Positions 12,872 through 25,076 of a stretch of DNA of 64,000 nucleotides are shown one piece after another. Position numbers and translations under genes: made by a program. The stretch spans positions 49,848,001 through 49,912,000 of the forward strand of contig CM060731.1 in assembly GCA_030704615.1 (NCBI GenBank), given 5' to 3'. The notes beneath the pieces were generated by a model that saw nothing but the letters and a program-made list of their open reading frames with translations, was not told the origin of the DNA and searched no databases. Every line of letters begins with the position of its first letter. Position 1 is the stretch's first letter. Origin of the DNA: Takakia lepidozioides (Eukaryota > Plantae > Bryophyta).

Positions 12872-15419
12872 GAGGGTGGGGTTGACTCAGGAAGAGCAGT
12901 TTGTTGGACAGCAGACTAGTGGCAGTGGTAGCACCTACACCATAACCCGTGATTGTGAAAAAGTACCCAGAGAGGAACTCAAGAGGAACTCTTCTGACAG
13001 TTGTGAGGGTATGAGGACTCTATGTAATGCAGGAAAATTGAAAGAGGCACTGCACATTTTGAACCAACGAGTGCTTTGGGCAGACTCCAGCACTTACGTC
13101 TGTCTCTTGCAGGAGTGCATCAAGATGAAAAGTCTGGCAGAGGGAAAGCAGGTGCACAGCCACATTATCCGGAGTGGATTCAAGCAGAGCCTCTTTCTAC
13201 TCAACACCCTTGTCAACATGTATGCCAAGTGTGGGAGCATGATGGATGCATGTGAGGTGTTTGAGAACATGAGGGAACGAAATTTGTTTACATGGACTAT
13301 AATGATAGCAGCATATGCCAAGAATGGGTGTGGGAGAGAGGCTTTGGAGATCTATGAGGACATGAAACGGGAAGGAGTAACGCCCAACAATGTTACATTC
13401 GTTTCGGTTCTTATAGCATGTGCCAGCCTAGGAACCCTGGAAAAAGGGCAAGAGGTCCATGCTGACATCATCGAAGCTGGTATTTCGCCAGATATCATCA
13501 TGGATAGTGCCCTTACTGATATGTATGCTAAATGTGGGAGCATAAAGGATGCACGCCAAGTATTCGACAAAATGGTCAAAAGGAATGTGGTCTCATGGAC
13601 TGCCATGATCACAGGGTATGTTCAGCATGGGTGTAGTGAAGAGGCTCTTGAGATCTACAAGCAAATGATATGGGAAGGGGTGGCCCCCAACAAGGTCACA
13701 TTCATTGGTGTTCTCAATGCTTGTGCCAGCCTTGGAGCCCTAACAAAGGGCAAAGAGGTCCATGCTGAGATCGTCAAAGCTAGAATTATGCCATATATTA
13801 AATTGGAGACTGCTCTTGTAAACATGTATGCCAAATGTGGGAGCATGCAGCATGCGCAACAAGTGTTTGACAATATGGCTCAACGGGATGTGGTCTCATG
13901 GAGCACCATGATCGCCGGATATGCTCAGCAGGGGTGTGGTAGGGAGGCTCTGGAGATCTACGAGCAAATGATAAGGGAAGGCACGACCCCAGACAAGGTC
14001 ACGTATATTTCAGTCCTCAATGCGTGTGCCAGTCTTGGAGCCCTGGACAAGGGCAAAGTGGTCCATGCTAACATGAGCAAAAGTGAAACTGTTCCAGATA
14101 TCACTCTAGAGAATACCCTTGTTGACATGTATGCTAAATGTGGGAGCATAAATGATGCACATGAAGTGTTCAACAAAATGTCTGAACGAGATGTGGTCTC
14201 ATGGAGCACCATCATTACAGGATATGCCCAGCATGGGTGTTGTAGGGAGGCTTGTAAGATCTATGAGCAAATGCAACGGGAAGGGGTGACCCCTGACAGA
14301 ATCACTTTCATTTCAGTTCTCCATGCCTGTGCTAGCCTTGGAGCGCTGGAAAAGGGCAAAGAGGTCCATGCTGACATCATGAAATCTGGGGTCACCTCAT
14401 ATCTTAATTTGGAGACAGCTCTTGTTGACATGTATGCCAAATGTGGAAGTGTGAAGGAGGCGAGTGAAGTGTTCAACAATATGGCTCAACGAGATGTGGT
14501 CTCATGGAGTGCAATGATCGCAGGATATGGTCAGCATGGGTGTGGGAGGGAGGCCCTTGAACTGTTTGAACAAATGCAACGGGAATGCTTCAGGCCAAAC
14601 AACGTCACCTTCATCTCCCTCCTCTCTGCCTGTAGCCACACGGGCCTAGTGGATGAGGGCTGTCATTACTTTGAGTCTATGAGGGGAGATCATGGCCTCG
14701 TTCCTACGGTGGAGCATGTCAGCTGCATGGTGGACCTTCTCGGCCGTGCTGGACAACTGGAGGAGGCAGAGGAATTCATTAAAAAAATGCCAATCAAATT
14801 AGATGCTGGAGTGTGGAGGGCTTTGCTTGGTGCCTGCAGAATTCATGGCAATGCAAAGGTAGCAGAACGCACAGCAAGAAACATTCTCAAGATGGATCCA
14901 CAGCATGCTGCAGCTTATGTGCTCCTATCAAACATCTATGCTGCAGCTGGCAGGTGGGATGATAAATCAAAGGTGAGAAAAATGATGGAGGAGAGAGGCA
15001 TCAAAAAGGAGCCAGGACGCAGCTGCATTGAGGTCGACGACCACTTGCACACATTTGTTGTAGAAGACAAAATGCATCCACGAATTGAGGAAATCCATGC
15101 TGAACTACAGAGATTGTCTGGCAGTATGAAGGAGGCCGGCTATGTGCCTGACACCCGCTTTATATTGCATGATGTGGAGGATGAGCAAAAGGAATTTTCT
15201 CTTTGCTACCACAGTGAGAAGCTGGCCATTGCTTTTGGGCTCATCAGCACACCCCCTGGGATGCCTATTCACATCATCAAGAACCTTAGAGTGTGTGGTG
15301 ACTGCCACACCGCCACCAAGTTCATCTCAAAGATTGTTGGGAGACGAGTCGTTGTACGAGATGCCAACCGTTTTCACCACTTCCAAAATGGATTCTGTTC
15401 TTGTGGGGATTACTGGTGA
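12872..15419 (+). CDS. PLS-class PPR protein with E1/E2/DYW deaminase domain, copy 1 (L-S-(PLS)x4-P2L2S2; 17 repeats)
   Basis: 847-aa ORF with 303-bp PLS triplet periodicity, HSEKLA, CGDCH and terminal CSCGDYW. Confidence 0.97.
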
Positions 15420-17267
15420 AAGAGGGAACGAAAGTGGGTTGCTTCAAACATGAGGGCAGAAAGGTCCTCCATTGTGACTTATCTGGTTGTAAAAGAGGAA
15501 GTGTAGAGAGAAGATTTCTCTCACCCAGGCCAGAGGGGCTTCAAGTTGATCACCCTCAGATTCTAATCCATTGGGGTTCCAAGAGAGCATGCGACTGCAT
15601 ACACATGCAATGAAGTTATTTGTGTTTCACAGTAATTGATGACATGAGTGCTAAAGTTAAATTTTACTGAAAAGTTCCCATACTGCGGGCTCTTTTCCAA
15701 TTGCTCTCTATTTTGTCCCTCGCAATTTCTTGAGGCATCATCACTTGATACTTTATAGATCCACAACCCTCATTCAGGATCTCTCTCTTTATTACAAATT
15801 GGAAAACTTCTTGCATGTTTCACACTTGTCATACTTCCCCAAACTCTCCCTCTCCATTTCATCTACAAAGCTTGAGGTCCTCCTGAAAGTCAAGCCCCAC
15901 ATGATGCTCCTCCACTACACACGTCTACATCTTAGTGGAGTGTCCCAGACCCAACTTGGCTCTTTCAACACCTGACATGTGTTCACATTGGTGGTCCCCT
16001 CCCACTCCCAATCACCAAGTAACAGCAAAGGTGCTCCTCCAGTCACACATGTCCACATCCTAGTGGACTGTTCCAGATATAGCTTGGCTGTTGCTCAATC
16101 TTGCTATCCTGGAGACTAACAGTAACTAGACATGAACCCGAAGTCCTATCCCACTCCCAACCGCCATGTTCTGGGATCTATTGGAAAAGCATGAACATCT
16201 AAAGGTACTTAGTGTATACACTCACAGCAACAAAAGCGTCATAGCTGCAGGACACTGTGCTCAACAGTGAAAGAATGTACAGGGGAGATGCAGTGCACCT
16301 AGTGGCTATTCTTAGTAAGTGATAAGGAGATAATCATCCCATCAATGTGTAATTAAGCACCAGTGTGCCCCTAACCAGACCTGATCTAATCCTACAAATA
16401 TAGGGAAGTTGTGGTGGGAGAATGTGTAACTGTATATTCTAACAATCCTGCTCAGTTTTCAACCTGAATTAAAGGTCTGATTTGTAACTTCTCCATGTGA
16501 AGTTCAAAGTCCCTGGAACTTTGGAAACTTAGCAAGCGCATTGCAACTCTGATTGTCACATTTGAGGTTGAGAGGATCAATTCACTTCATCCCAATGTCA
16601 TGGAGCAATCTCCTCAATCAAATGGCCTCCTGGGCAGCTTCTTTGGCAGCCATGTAGCCTCTCTGATTAATAAGGCCGTGGCTGTTTGTTTCTTGCTGTG
16701 CCACAGAAGCTGCACCCAAAGGACTAATGCCTTCCAGTGGAAGGTGGGGACACTAACACCTTTAGAATCCAACATGTGGTCTGAAGATTGAACCCAAATC
16801 ACTAGTGAATGCCCCTACAAACAGGAGTAAATGTCGGTTGTGGGGCGTTCTAGCCTACTTATCGAAGGTGCAGCGAGAAAACGATGACTGCGTTGGAAGC
16901 GAAGAAGAGCTTCGTGGCAGCTTCTTCCCCGTCTGGAAGGTGTTACTTGTCAACACGTCGGCGCGCTCAGATATTTGTTCCGTCGTTACTCGGGGCCACG
17001 CTATCCACGCCTGCTCTGGACCAGACCGTGGTGAGAGAGATGAGGTGGGCTGCTTCAGTAAGGCGACAACGGGTTAGATAACTTAGATATATAGCACACT
17101 GCTAGTTCAACTTTCTCAGCTCTCGATTAGTCTGAAGTACGCATCTGGGTTATGTTCTTCGAGCTGTGGTGAAGCAGAGTCGTGACCCGGGAACTCAGTA
17201 TCTCTGATCTGTGTCTCTATCGCTCGATTTGAAACATTTGAGCCGCTTGCACTTAACAGTATCCACT

Positions 17268-17473
17268 ATGCATCATCATACCCCTCCTCCTCCTCCTCAT
17301 CATCCCCCTCCTCCTCCTCATCGTCATCCCTCTCCTCCTCGTCACGGGCCGCATCACCCTCCCCCCCCCCTCCCCCGACAGTGATCGTAGTTCAATCTCC
17401 ACCCCCGCCCCATCCTCACCACCCCCCACCTGTTCACCATCCTCCCCCTCCTCCCCACCACCATCACTATTAA
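17268..17473 (+). pseudogene. His/Pro-rich micro-ORF copy A, frameshifted in a C10 run (possible sequencing error)
   Basis: MHHHTPPPPPHH... stops at 17384 as assembled. One extra C at 17361-17370 restores TVIVVQSPPPPHPHHPPPVHHPPPPPHHHHY*, matching copy B. Confidence 0.6.
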
Positions 17474-17643
17474 GCGTTCCAAGTAATGAGCCGTGAAGGT
17501 GCCGTTGCCACCGAGCTCATGATACCAACACCCAATTCTCACGTATTGTTTCTTTTCTCTCTCTCCCTCTCTCTCTCATTTTATTTTATTGCTCTGTTTA
17601 GTGTTGAACGTAACGTCTTCGTCTCTCTCTCTCTCTCTCTCTC

Positions 17644-17705
17644 TTTTGTCCCATAAGCTCTATGAGCTTTCCGCAGACGTTATAAAGCACCATTTCATTT
17701 CATTT
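17644..17705 (+). mobile_element. Short retroposon 3' end with (ATTTC)n tail inserted in a (CT)n tract
   Basis: It is absent from the paralogous site near 20600 and matches 36132-36179 on the reverse strand. Confidence 0.65.
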
Positions 17706-20108
17706 CTCTCTCTGTGGCAGAGAAATCTGTGTCATTTGACCTTCATGTTCGATTTCTTACAGTGTGGATGTGGATCTTACGTAGATATCTGGATTAGTTG
17801 CACTAGTGCAGCTCCCTCATGAATCATGAGTTGATGGTGTTTGCAGATATGGAGTTAGGCTCTTCACTGTAACGACATGGAGCAGCCGCAGCTAAAATGC
17901 AGATTGTATTCAACGCTTATTCTAGTCTGTCTATTCATTCTATGTCGAGTTGAAGATGTTTTCTGCTATTGCACTCGTGGTTGCTTCGTTGATCCGGGCT
18001 CTCTTTGCAAGTCCGCCTTTCAACAGATTTCGATACTTTGAAGTGTTGTATATAGTATGTAATGCATCTATGAAGCTGGGGTAGTATGCTCACTGATCTT
18101 GATCAGTGAAAAAAATTTCAGCCTTGTTGCAAGAGTGTTTGATGTCAATATTGTACTCACATCATATAATGTGAACAGAGTTCTCATGATGTTTAAGCTT
18201 CTACATTGTATCTTGACATGGAATGGGATAATGTATGTACAGCAGATTTGTTGAGAAACACTAGTGAAAACTAGAACTGTACATATCATATAACATAACC
18301 TACTTGTTCACTTTGAAATAAGTATGATCATGAACTCTGACCCCACTCTGACCTTAAGACAGCAACATCTGATCAAGCCCGTGGTTAAACCTGTATTGTT
18401 CTCAGTTCAAACCAAAAGATGTTGAGCCATATAGTTTTAGTATACATTTGCACCAAATTTCTGCAGCAACTACAACGAAATGTTGCTGCTGTCACAGTTA
18501 ACAATTATAGCACATGTATAGACAAAATCAATATGTATTGCATTCATAGTACCCCCAAGGGTCTTCGGGTGCGCCCCGGCGGGTTTAACTATGCATTTGT
18601 CATCTGTAGACACACACACCAAGAAACTACGTCCCTGTTTTGGCATTCAAATGTGCAAACTTTCTCATGGCTCTGTCAAACTCATTGAGCCCAACTTCTG
18701 CATATATTTGCAGTGTAAATGCATCCAACCTTATGTGCCTCAAACACTAATGTTACTCCAACATGGTCAGATGAAACTCACTAACTGCTTGAAGCAGCAT
18801 CATCCCTGTAAGCAACCAGTGACTTCTTGACCGGCTTCTTCTCACTGCTCCTTTGTTTTTCCCCCTGAAGTGTTATCATATGCCTAAGTGTTATCAAACT
18901 CTTGCATTGCGATTATGTGCCGTCCATTTGCAACTGCTGCATTCACTGGGTTCCTTGTACGCATGGAGCAATTTTCTGATCAGAATTCATTCACCCTCTG
19001 CATAACACAACTCCATTATGGTTTCATAAGCTTTTCTCTCCACTCGCTCCATGGAACGTTGTCAGCTGCAATAGTGAATTGGGAGTTCGGCATACAATGC
19101 CTCATGAGATCAGAGGGAAAAAAATCTCATAACTGCTCCACTGTTGTTGACTGTGAACTCTGAATCTTCCATTGTCATGGAGTCGGCACACCCACCAGAG
19201 ATCTCCACCTATTAGACTAAACAGTAATTTTTGAGACCTTCTATAATATTTTTTCTCCTTTTGAGGACAGTTTTACCCATTTGTACATTCATCCCACTTG
19301 GGTCTTTTCACATTCTAACTTACTTCATTGTGAGAGGCTAGGTAGGCTAGCTCATTTCACCCGGCCGTTGGTTCGACTCAGAGCTTGTCGTTGATACATG
19401 TCCACCTCCTGTACAACTTCGTCATCGTCATGCACAGAGGTGTCCAAGCAGCTGTCAGCTTTGGATTACGAGTATCCGCATACATGCACCTTCATTCATC
19501 TGCCCCATTCTTCAGGATTTCTTCCAGCCTACGCTTCCTTGTAATCTCCCAAGAATCGAGGCCTTCAATCAAATTTCCAGGGCCGCTGTAGCCTGTCCCA
19601 CGCTTTACTGAAATAGTGTAGAATATTTCATACTTGTATCTTTCCTCATATGTGTCGGAAGTTGACCGGTTGCTTTTTCTTAGAAGGAGCAATGCGCATT
19701 CCAGGAAGTACCGTAGTCCTGCTGCGAGAAAACGATGACTCACATGGAAGGACAGCTTCGTGGCATCATCTTCACCGTCTCCAAGGTGCTACTTGTCAAG
19801 CTCTTCCGGTGTGACTTCGGGCCGTGCCATCCACGCCAGCTCTGGATGGCACAGTGATGAGAGAGATGAAGTGGGCTGTTTCAGTAAGTGCGACAAGGGG
19901 TTGCAATAGATATATAACAAGCTGCTGGTTCAGCTGTCTCGGCTCTCGATTTGTCTGAAGTACGTATGTGGGTTATGATCTTCGAGCTGTGGTGAAGCAG
20001 AGTCGTGACGTGGGAACTTAGTATCTCTGATCTGTGCCTCCATCGCTCGATTTGAGAAGGCCTTGAAGGTTGAAACATTTGAGCCGCTTGCACCCGACAG
20101 CATCCACT

Positions 20109-20408
20109 ATGCATCATCATCATGCCCCTCCTCCTCATCACCGTCATCCCTCTCCTCCTCATCACGGGCCGCATCACCATCCCCACCCTCCTCCCCCCTC
20201 AGTGTTTGTTGATCTACCCCCGCCCCCGCATCATCACCACCCCCAACCTATTCACCATCCTCCACCTCCTCTCTTTCACGGGCCGCATCACCATCACCCC
20301 CCTCCTCCCCCATCAGTGTATGTAGTACAACCTCCACCCCCGCCCCATCCTCATCACCCCCCACCTATGCACCATCCTCCACCTCCTCCCCACCACCGTC
20401 ATTATTAA
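20109..20408 (+). CDS. 99-aa His/Pro-rich micro-protein, copy B, with no signal peptide
   Basis: Intact ORF MHHHHAPPPHHRHPSPPHHGPHH...SVYVVQPPPPPHPHH...HHRHY. A TATA-like element (19911), a GTACG donor and a CAG acceptor 8 nt before the ATG are conserved in both copies. Confidence 0.65.
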   Translation: MHHHHAPPPHHRHPSPPHHGPHHHPHPPPPSVFVDLPPPPHHHHPQPIHHPPPPLFHGPHHHHPPPPPSVYVVQPPPPPHPHHPPPMHHPPPPPHHRHY

Positions 20409-21780
20409 GCATTCCGAGTAATGAGCTGTGGAGGTGCCGTTACCACCAAGCTCATCCCTGCTGCAGCTTTGAGAAAGTAACTTCTCCTACACCTAATCCT
20501 CACGTATACTTGTTTCTCCGTTCACTCTCCCTCTCTCTTTCCATACTCCATTTCATTTCAATTCTCTATAGAGCGTTGGACTCGTAACCTCCTCGTCTCT
20601 CTCTCTGTCTCTCCTTCCGGTAGAGAAATCTATGTCAGTTGCCTTTCATGTTCGATTTCTTATGGGCTGTAATTGAGCAAAGGCCGACTTGGTAGCTGTC
20701 ACACGCCTCTACACTGTGGATGTGGATCTTACGTAGATCTCTGGAAGAGTTGCATCGGTGCAATTCCCTCATGGATCACGAGGTGTTTGCACATATGGAG
20801 TCAGGCGCTTCACTGCAACGACATGGAGCAGCTGCAGCTAAACTGTAGATTGTACGTAGTATGTGTTGCATCTATTAAGCTTTGCAATCCGGTGGGGTGA
20901 TACGTTCACTGAGCTTGAACAGTGAAGACATTCTACAGCCTTGTTGCCACTATGTTGGATGTGGGCTCTCATAATATTTGAGCTGCTACATTGTATCTTG
21001 AGATGGAATGGGATAATATATGTACATCTAGAAGGCAAGAGATGTATTGAGCCCTTCAGACATTTCAAGTGACCTTTGTACATGATGAGGAATGGTGATT
21101 TGCTTTGAAAAGTGCTTGTCTGATTTTCAGTGTTGATGCAAAATATCCTAGCTTTCTTGAGCATGTCTCAGATCAACTCTCTTATTCAAAAAGCAGTGCT
21201 CTACCCCACAAATGATTTGGTTCTAAATTGATGACAAGTTGAGTGTCTGCTGCTTTTTTGACAGTCTTCGTTAGCATGTATGCCAATTGGTCTTTAACAT
21301 GTGGTTATAGACATGGTGTTAATGATCAAAGAAGACGCACAGCTCATCTGTCATTGTTAGCCAGAAAGTTACCCAAAACTGTGAGACAAGTGATTGATAG
21401 AGTTCGAGCAAGATTATAATTGGAAATCGTTCACTTCTGGGCATTGGAAGAAAAGTTCTGCAAGATATTGAAAAGTACATAATAAAGCTGATATCATGTC
21501 AGAGGAATTCCTTGGAATGTTTTGCGCCCAATATGAGCACAGGTGGCTGAACTGTTGCCTACCCCTCCTTGATTGTTCAGACCAAAGCTATTCTATGGTT
21601 TTAGGATGCATTTGCACCAAATGTCTGGTGCGTTTATAATGCAGTATTGCATTGCCACCTAGGTTGATGAGAATATAGGATGTTTCAACTACATTGATAT
21701 GTTGACAGATTGTGCAGTTCGACTTCTTAAATACGGGAAATTTGTAGACATGTCACATACATTATCCATCTCTGGACACG

Positions 21781-21840
21781 CATCGTAACTATTTGTCCCC
21801 TGTCTTGGCATCGTAACTATTTGTCCCCTGTCTTGGCATC
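21781..21840. repeat. Exact 28-bp tandem duplication CATCGTAACTATTTGTCCCCTGTCTTGG x2
   Basis: Read directly from the sequence. Confidence 0.9.
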
Positions 21841-22877
21841 CAATTGCGCCAAACCTTCTCATGATTCTGCCAAACCCATTAATCTAATTTATGCAAATAT
21901 TTGGGTGTAAACCCATCCAACCTTATGTACCCGCAGAAAGTAAGGACATATTCAGTTGCACTCAACTGGTCAGATGCATCATCCCTGTAGGCAACCAGTG
22001 ACTTCTTGACCGGCTTCTTCTCACTGGTCCTTTGTTTTTCCCCCCTGAACTCATATTCAGTTACCAGCTCAAACTCTTGTTCCATTGCGATTATGTGCCA
22101 CCCACTTGCAATTGCTGCATTCACTGAGTTCCCTGCACATAGCCAATGCCCTCATAGACATCATCACTTCCACTAAAACAAGTCTGCGTATGTTCCAATC
22201 CTAAGTCCTTAGATGCAATCCAGATTATGCAAAATTCTTACTTGGTGCCATGTAGTACCTGTCGAAGCACTGAGATCAATAATCTGTCGCCCTCTGCACA
22301 GCACACCTCCATTATAGTTTGATAAAAAGCGGGCAACTAATGGTTTTGATTAGAACTGTAAGACTGTGAGCTCATCTATCCCCTTCAAAGGTGTAGATGT
22401 ACTCGATGGCCCAAACGACTGCAAGATAGACGGCCCAGGGTACCCAATCTTCCTCAATCTCTCCGAAATCCCTTTGTCGACCCCTTCTCAAGCAAACTTT
22501 CAACCCCTGTCACCTCAACCCCTTGTAGGCCGTAGAAGCAGTAGGTACCATGGTGCATATCAAGACTTGTTTCCTCAGTCGTTCAAGAGAAAACCATCAT
22601 ACATCTTCTTCAATCTTTTGGGGATGCAAAACATTCCATCTGGCCCATAGATCTTCCTGCCTACAGTTCCTTGCAATCTCTCAAAAAATGCACGGAGGTA
22701 TTCTGTAGCTTCAAGGCAGCTATTGATTCCTTCATTGTAATCATTGACACGCCAGCACTTGACTGTCGCATTCACTGACACAAATCATTTCTTTCAACTA
22801 GTTTACAGAATAATGCATATAATGGCCTTCTGCCTGTACATTAGAGGCAAGACATTTCTTCATGAATGTTGCATGAT

Positions 22878-24872
22878 TCACCAATAATCCCCACAAGAAC
22901 AAACCCCAGACTGGAAGTGGTGAAAGCGATTGGCATCCCGTACAACAATTTCTCGCCCAACAATCTTTGAGATGAACTTGGTGGCACTATGGCAATCACC
23001 ACACACCCTAAGGTTCTTTGTGATGCGGATGGACATTCCTGGGGGGGTGCTGATGAGCCCAAAGGCAATGGCCAACTTCTCACTGTGGTGTCCAAGAGAA
23101 GATTCCTTAATCTCCTCCTCCACATCATGCAATACAAAGCGTGTGTCAGGCGCATACCCAGCCTCCTTCATCCACCCAGACAATCTCTTCAGTTCAGCAT
23201 GTATTGCCTCAATTTGTGGGTGCCATTTGTCTTCTACAAGGAATGTATGCACTCGATTGTCCACCTCAATGCAGCTGTGTCCTGCCACCTTTCGAACACC
23301 TCTGTCTTCCATCATTTTCCTTACCTTTGCTTGATCATCCCACCTACCAGCAGCAGCATAAATATTCGATAGCAGCACATACGTGGGAGCATGCTGTGGG
23401 TCTGACTCAAGAAGGCATTTTCCTGCATGTTCTGCCAGCTGCACTTCACCATGAATTCTGCAGGCACTGAGCAAGGCCCCCCACACTGAAGCACCCGGTT
23501 CGATTGGCATTTTGTTTATGAAATCCTGTGCCTCATTCAACCGTCCTGCACGGCCAAGAAGGTCCACAATGCAGCCACAGTGCTCCAATGTAGGGGAGAG
23601 GCCATGATCCCGACTCATGGAGTCAAAGTAGTGACAGCCTTCGTCCACCAGGCCCCCATGGCTGCATGCAGAGAGAAGAGATAGATAAGTGATACCATCT
23701 GGCTTCAAGCCTTTCTGTTGCATTCCTTCAAATATTTCAACAGCTTCCCTACCACGCCCATGCTGACGATATCCTGCAATCATCACATTCCATGAGACCA
23801 CATTTCGCTGAGCCATACTATCAAAAACTTGCCTTGCATCCTTCAAACTCCCGCATTTGGCATACATGTCAACAAGCGTATTCTCCAAATTTATGGAAGA
23901 TGTAATTCCAGCTTTGATGATGTCAGCATGAACCTCTCTGCCGTTCTCCAGGGCTGCCAGGCTAGCACATGCATTGAGAACGCAAATGAACGTGACCTTG
24001 TCAGGTGTCACCCCTTCCTGAATCATTTCTTCATAGATATCCAAAGCTTCCCTACCACAACCATGCTGACCATATCCAGCGATCATTGCATTCCATGAGA
24101 CCACATTTCGTTCAGCCATATTGTCAAACACTCTACGCGCATCCTTCATGCTCCCACATTTGGCATACATGTTGACAACGGCAGTCTCCGATACAACATT
24201 TTGTTTAGCCATACTGTCAAACACTATACATGCATCATTGACACTCCCACATTTGGTATACATGTCAGCCAGGGCTGTCTCCAGAATGATGTCTGGCACA
24301 ATTCCAGTTCTGATGATATCGGCATGGACCTGTTTGCCCTTTTCCAGGGATCCAAGGCTGGCACATGCCTTCAAAACACAAATGAATGTGACCCTATTGG
24401 GCCTCATTCCTTCCTGTATCATTTGCTCGTAGATCTTGAAAGCATCCCTCCCACACCCATGCTTTGCATATCCTCCTATCATTATGGTCCATGTAAACAC
24501 ATTACGTTCAGGCATTCTGTCAAACACTTGTCGGGCATCCACCACGCTCCCACACTCGACATGCATGTTGACAAGAGTATTTAGTAGAAAGACATTTGAC
24601 TTCAATCCACTTTGGATTATGTGGGAGTGCACCCGATTTCCCATTTCTAGATCTTTGACTTTGATGCACTCCTGTAAGAGAGAGACATAAGTATTGGAGT
24701 CCACCGAAATGCGTTGATGGCTCAGAATGTTGACAGCCTCTTCTTGTCCAGCCTTACACAGTATCCTCACATTTCCAGAAATGCCAGAAGAGCTCTTCTT
24801 GACTCTCTGTCGCCATCCCCTTGCAAAAGGAGTGCCTGATTCAAAGAACTGAGTCTGCCTCAACCCTGCCAT
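22878..24872 (-). CDS. PLS-E-DYW PPR copy 2 (L-S-P-L-S-S-P-L-S-P2L2S2), 664 aa from ATG 24872
   Basis: Intact ORF with HSEKLA, CGDCH and CSCGDYW. The ATG lies 1 nt after a CAG acceptor. Confidence 0.96.
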   Translation of the reverse strand: MAGLRQTQFFESGTPFARGWRQRVKKSSSGISGNVRILCKAGQEEAVNILSHQRISVDSNTYVSLLQECIKVKDLEMGNRVHSHIIQSGLKSNVFLLNTLVNMHVECGSVVDARQVFDRMPERNVFTWTIMIGGYAKHGCGRDAFKIYEQMIQEGMRPNRVTFICVLKACASLGSLEKGKQVHADIIRTGIVPDIILETALADMYTKCGSVNDACIVFDSMAKQNVVSETAVVNMYAKCGSMKDARRVFDNMAERNVVSWNAMIAGYGQHGCGREALDIYEEMIQEGVTPDKVTFICVLNACASLAALENGREVHADIIKAGITSSINLENTLVDMYAKCGSLKDARQVFDSMAQRNVVSWNVMIAGYRQHGRGREAVEIFEGMQQKGLKPDGITYLSLLSACSHGGLVDEGCHYFDSMSRDHGLSPTLEHCGCIVDLLGRAGRLNEAQDFINKMPIEPGASVWGALLSACRIHGEVQLAEHAGKCLLESDPQHAPTYVLLSNIYAAAGRWDDQAKVRKMMEDRGVRKVAGHSCIEVDNRVHTFLVEDKWHPQIEAIHAELKRLSGWMKEAGYAPDTRFVLHDVEEEIKESSLGHHSEKLAIAFGLISTPPGMSIRITKNLRVCGDCHSATKFISKIVGREIVVRDANRFHHFQSGVCSCGDYW

Positions 24873-25076
24873 CCTGCTAACCTTTACTGACAAACTCACT
24901 CACATGATGGATCTCAAAGTCCCTATCTACTGCAAAACCAAGATCTCTGCATGAGGACAGCCTTATTGCTACATGGGAACAGTGTTTCAAACCCACCTGA
25001 GTTGTCTACTTGGGAATGACTTGTATCGGTTCTATCTGCTTGGGTTGGAATGTGTGACGCATTATTGAAACAATAC

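Larger units (their letters stand above)
16860..18960 (+). repeat. Segmental duplication unit A (direct copy at about 19710-22135)
   Basis: Collinear blocks: 16870-17910 vs 19720-20850, 18180-18245 vs 20965-21030, 18605-18960 vs 21745-22135. Confidence 0.85.
19710..22135 (+). repeat. Segmental duplication unit B
   Basis: Direct homolog of 16860-18960. Confidence 0.85.

Noticed and set aside
13094-14479. Repeated antisense ORFs (MLPHLAYM...) here and opposite the other PPR genes
   Set aside because: Shadow frames of the 303-bp PLS repeats with no independent evidence.
15100-15419. U-to-C (DYW:KP-type) editing factor
   Set aside because: All copies have a PG/AG box, HSEKLA and a DYW end; no KPAxA signature.
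22340-22780. Coding fragment on the minus strand
   Set aside because: Broken by stops and not assignable to a family by eye.
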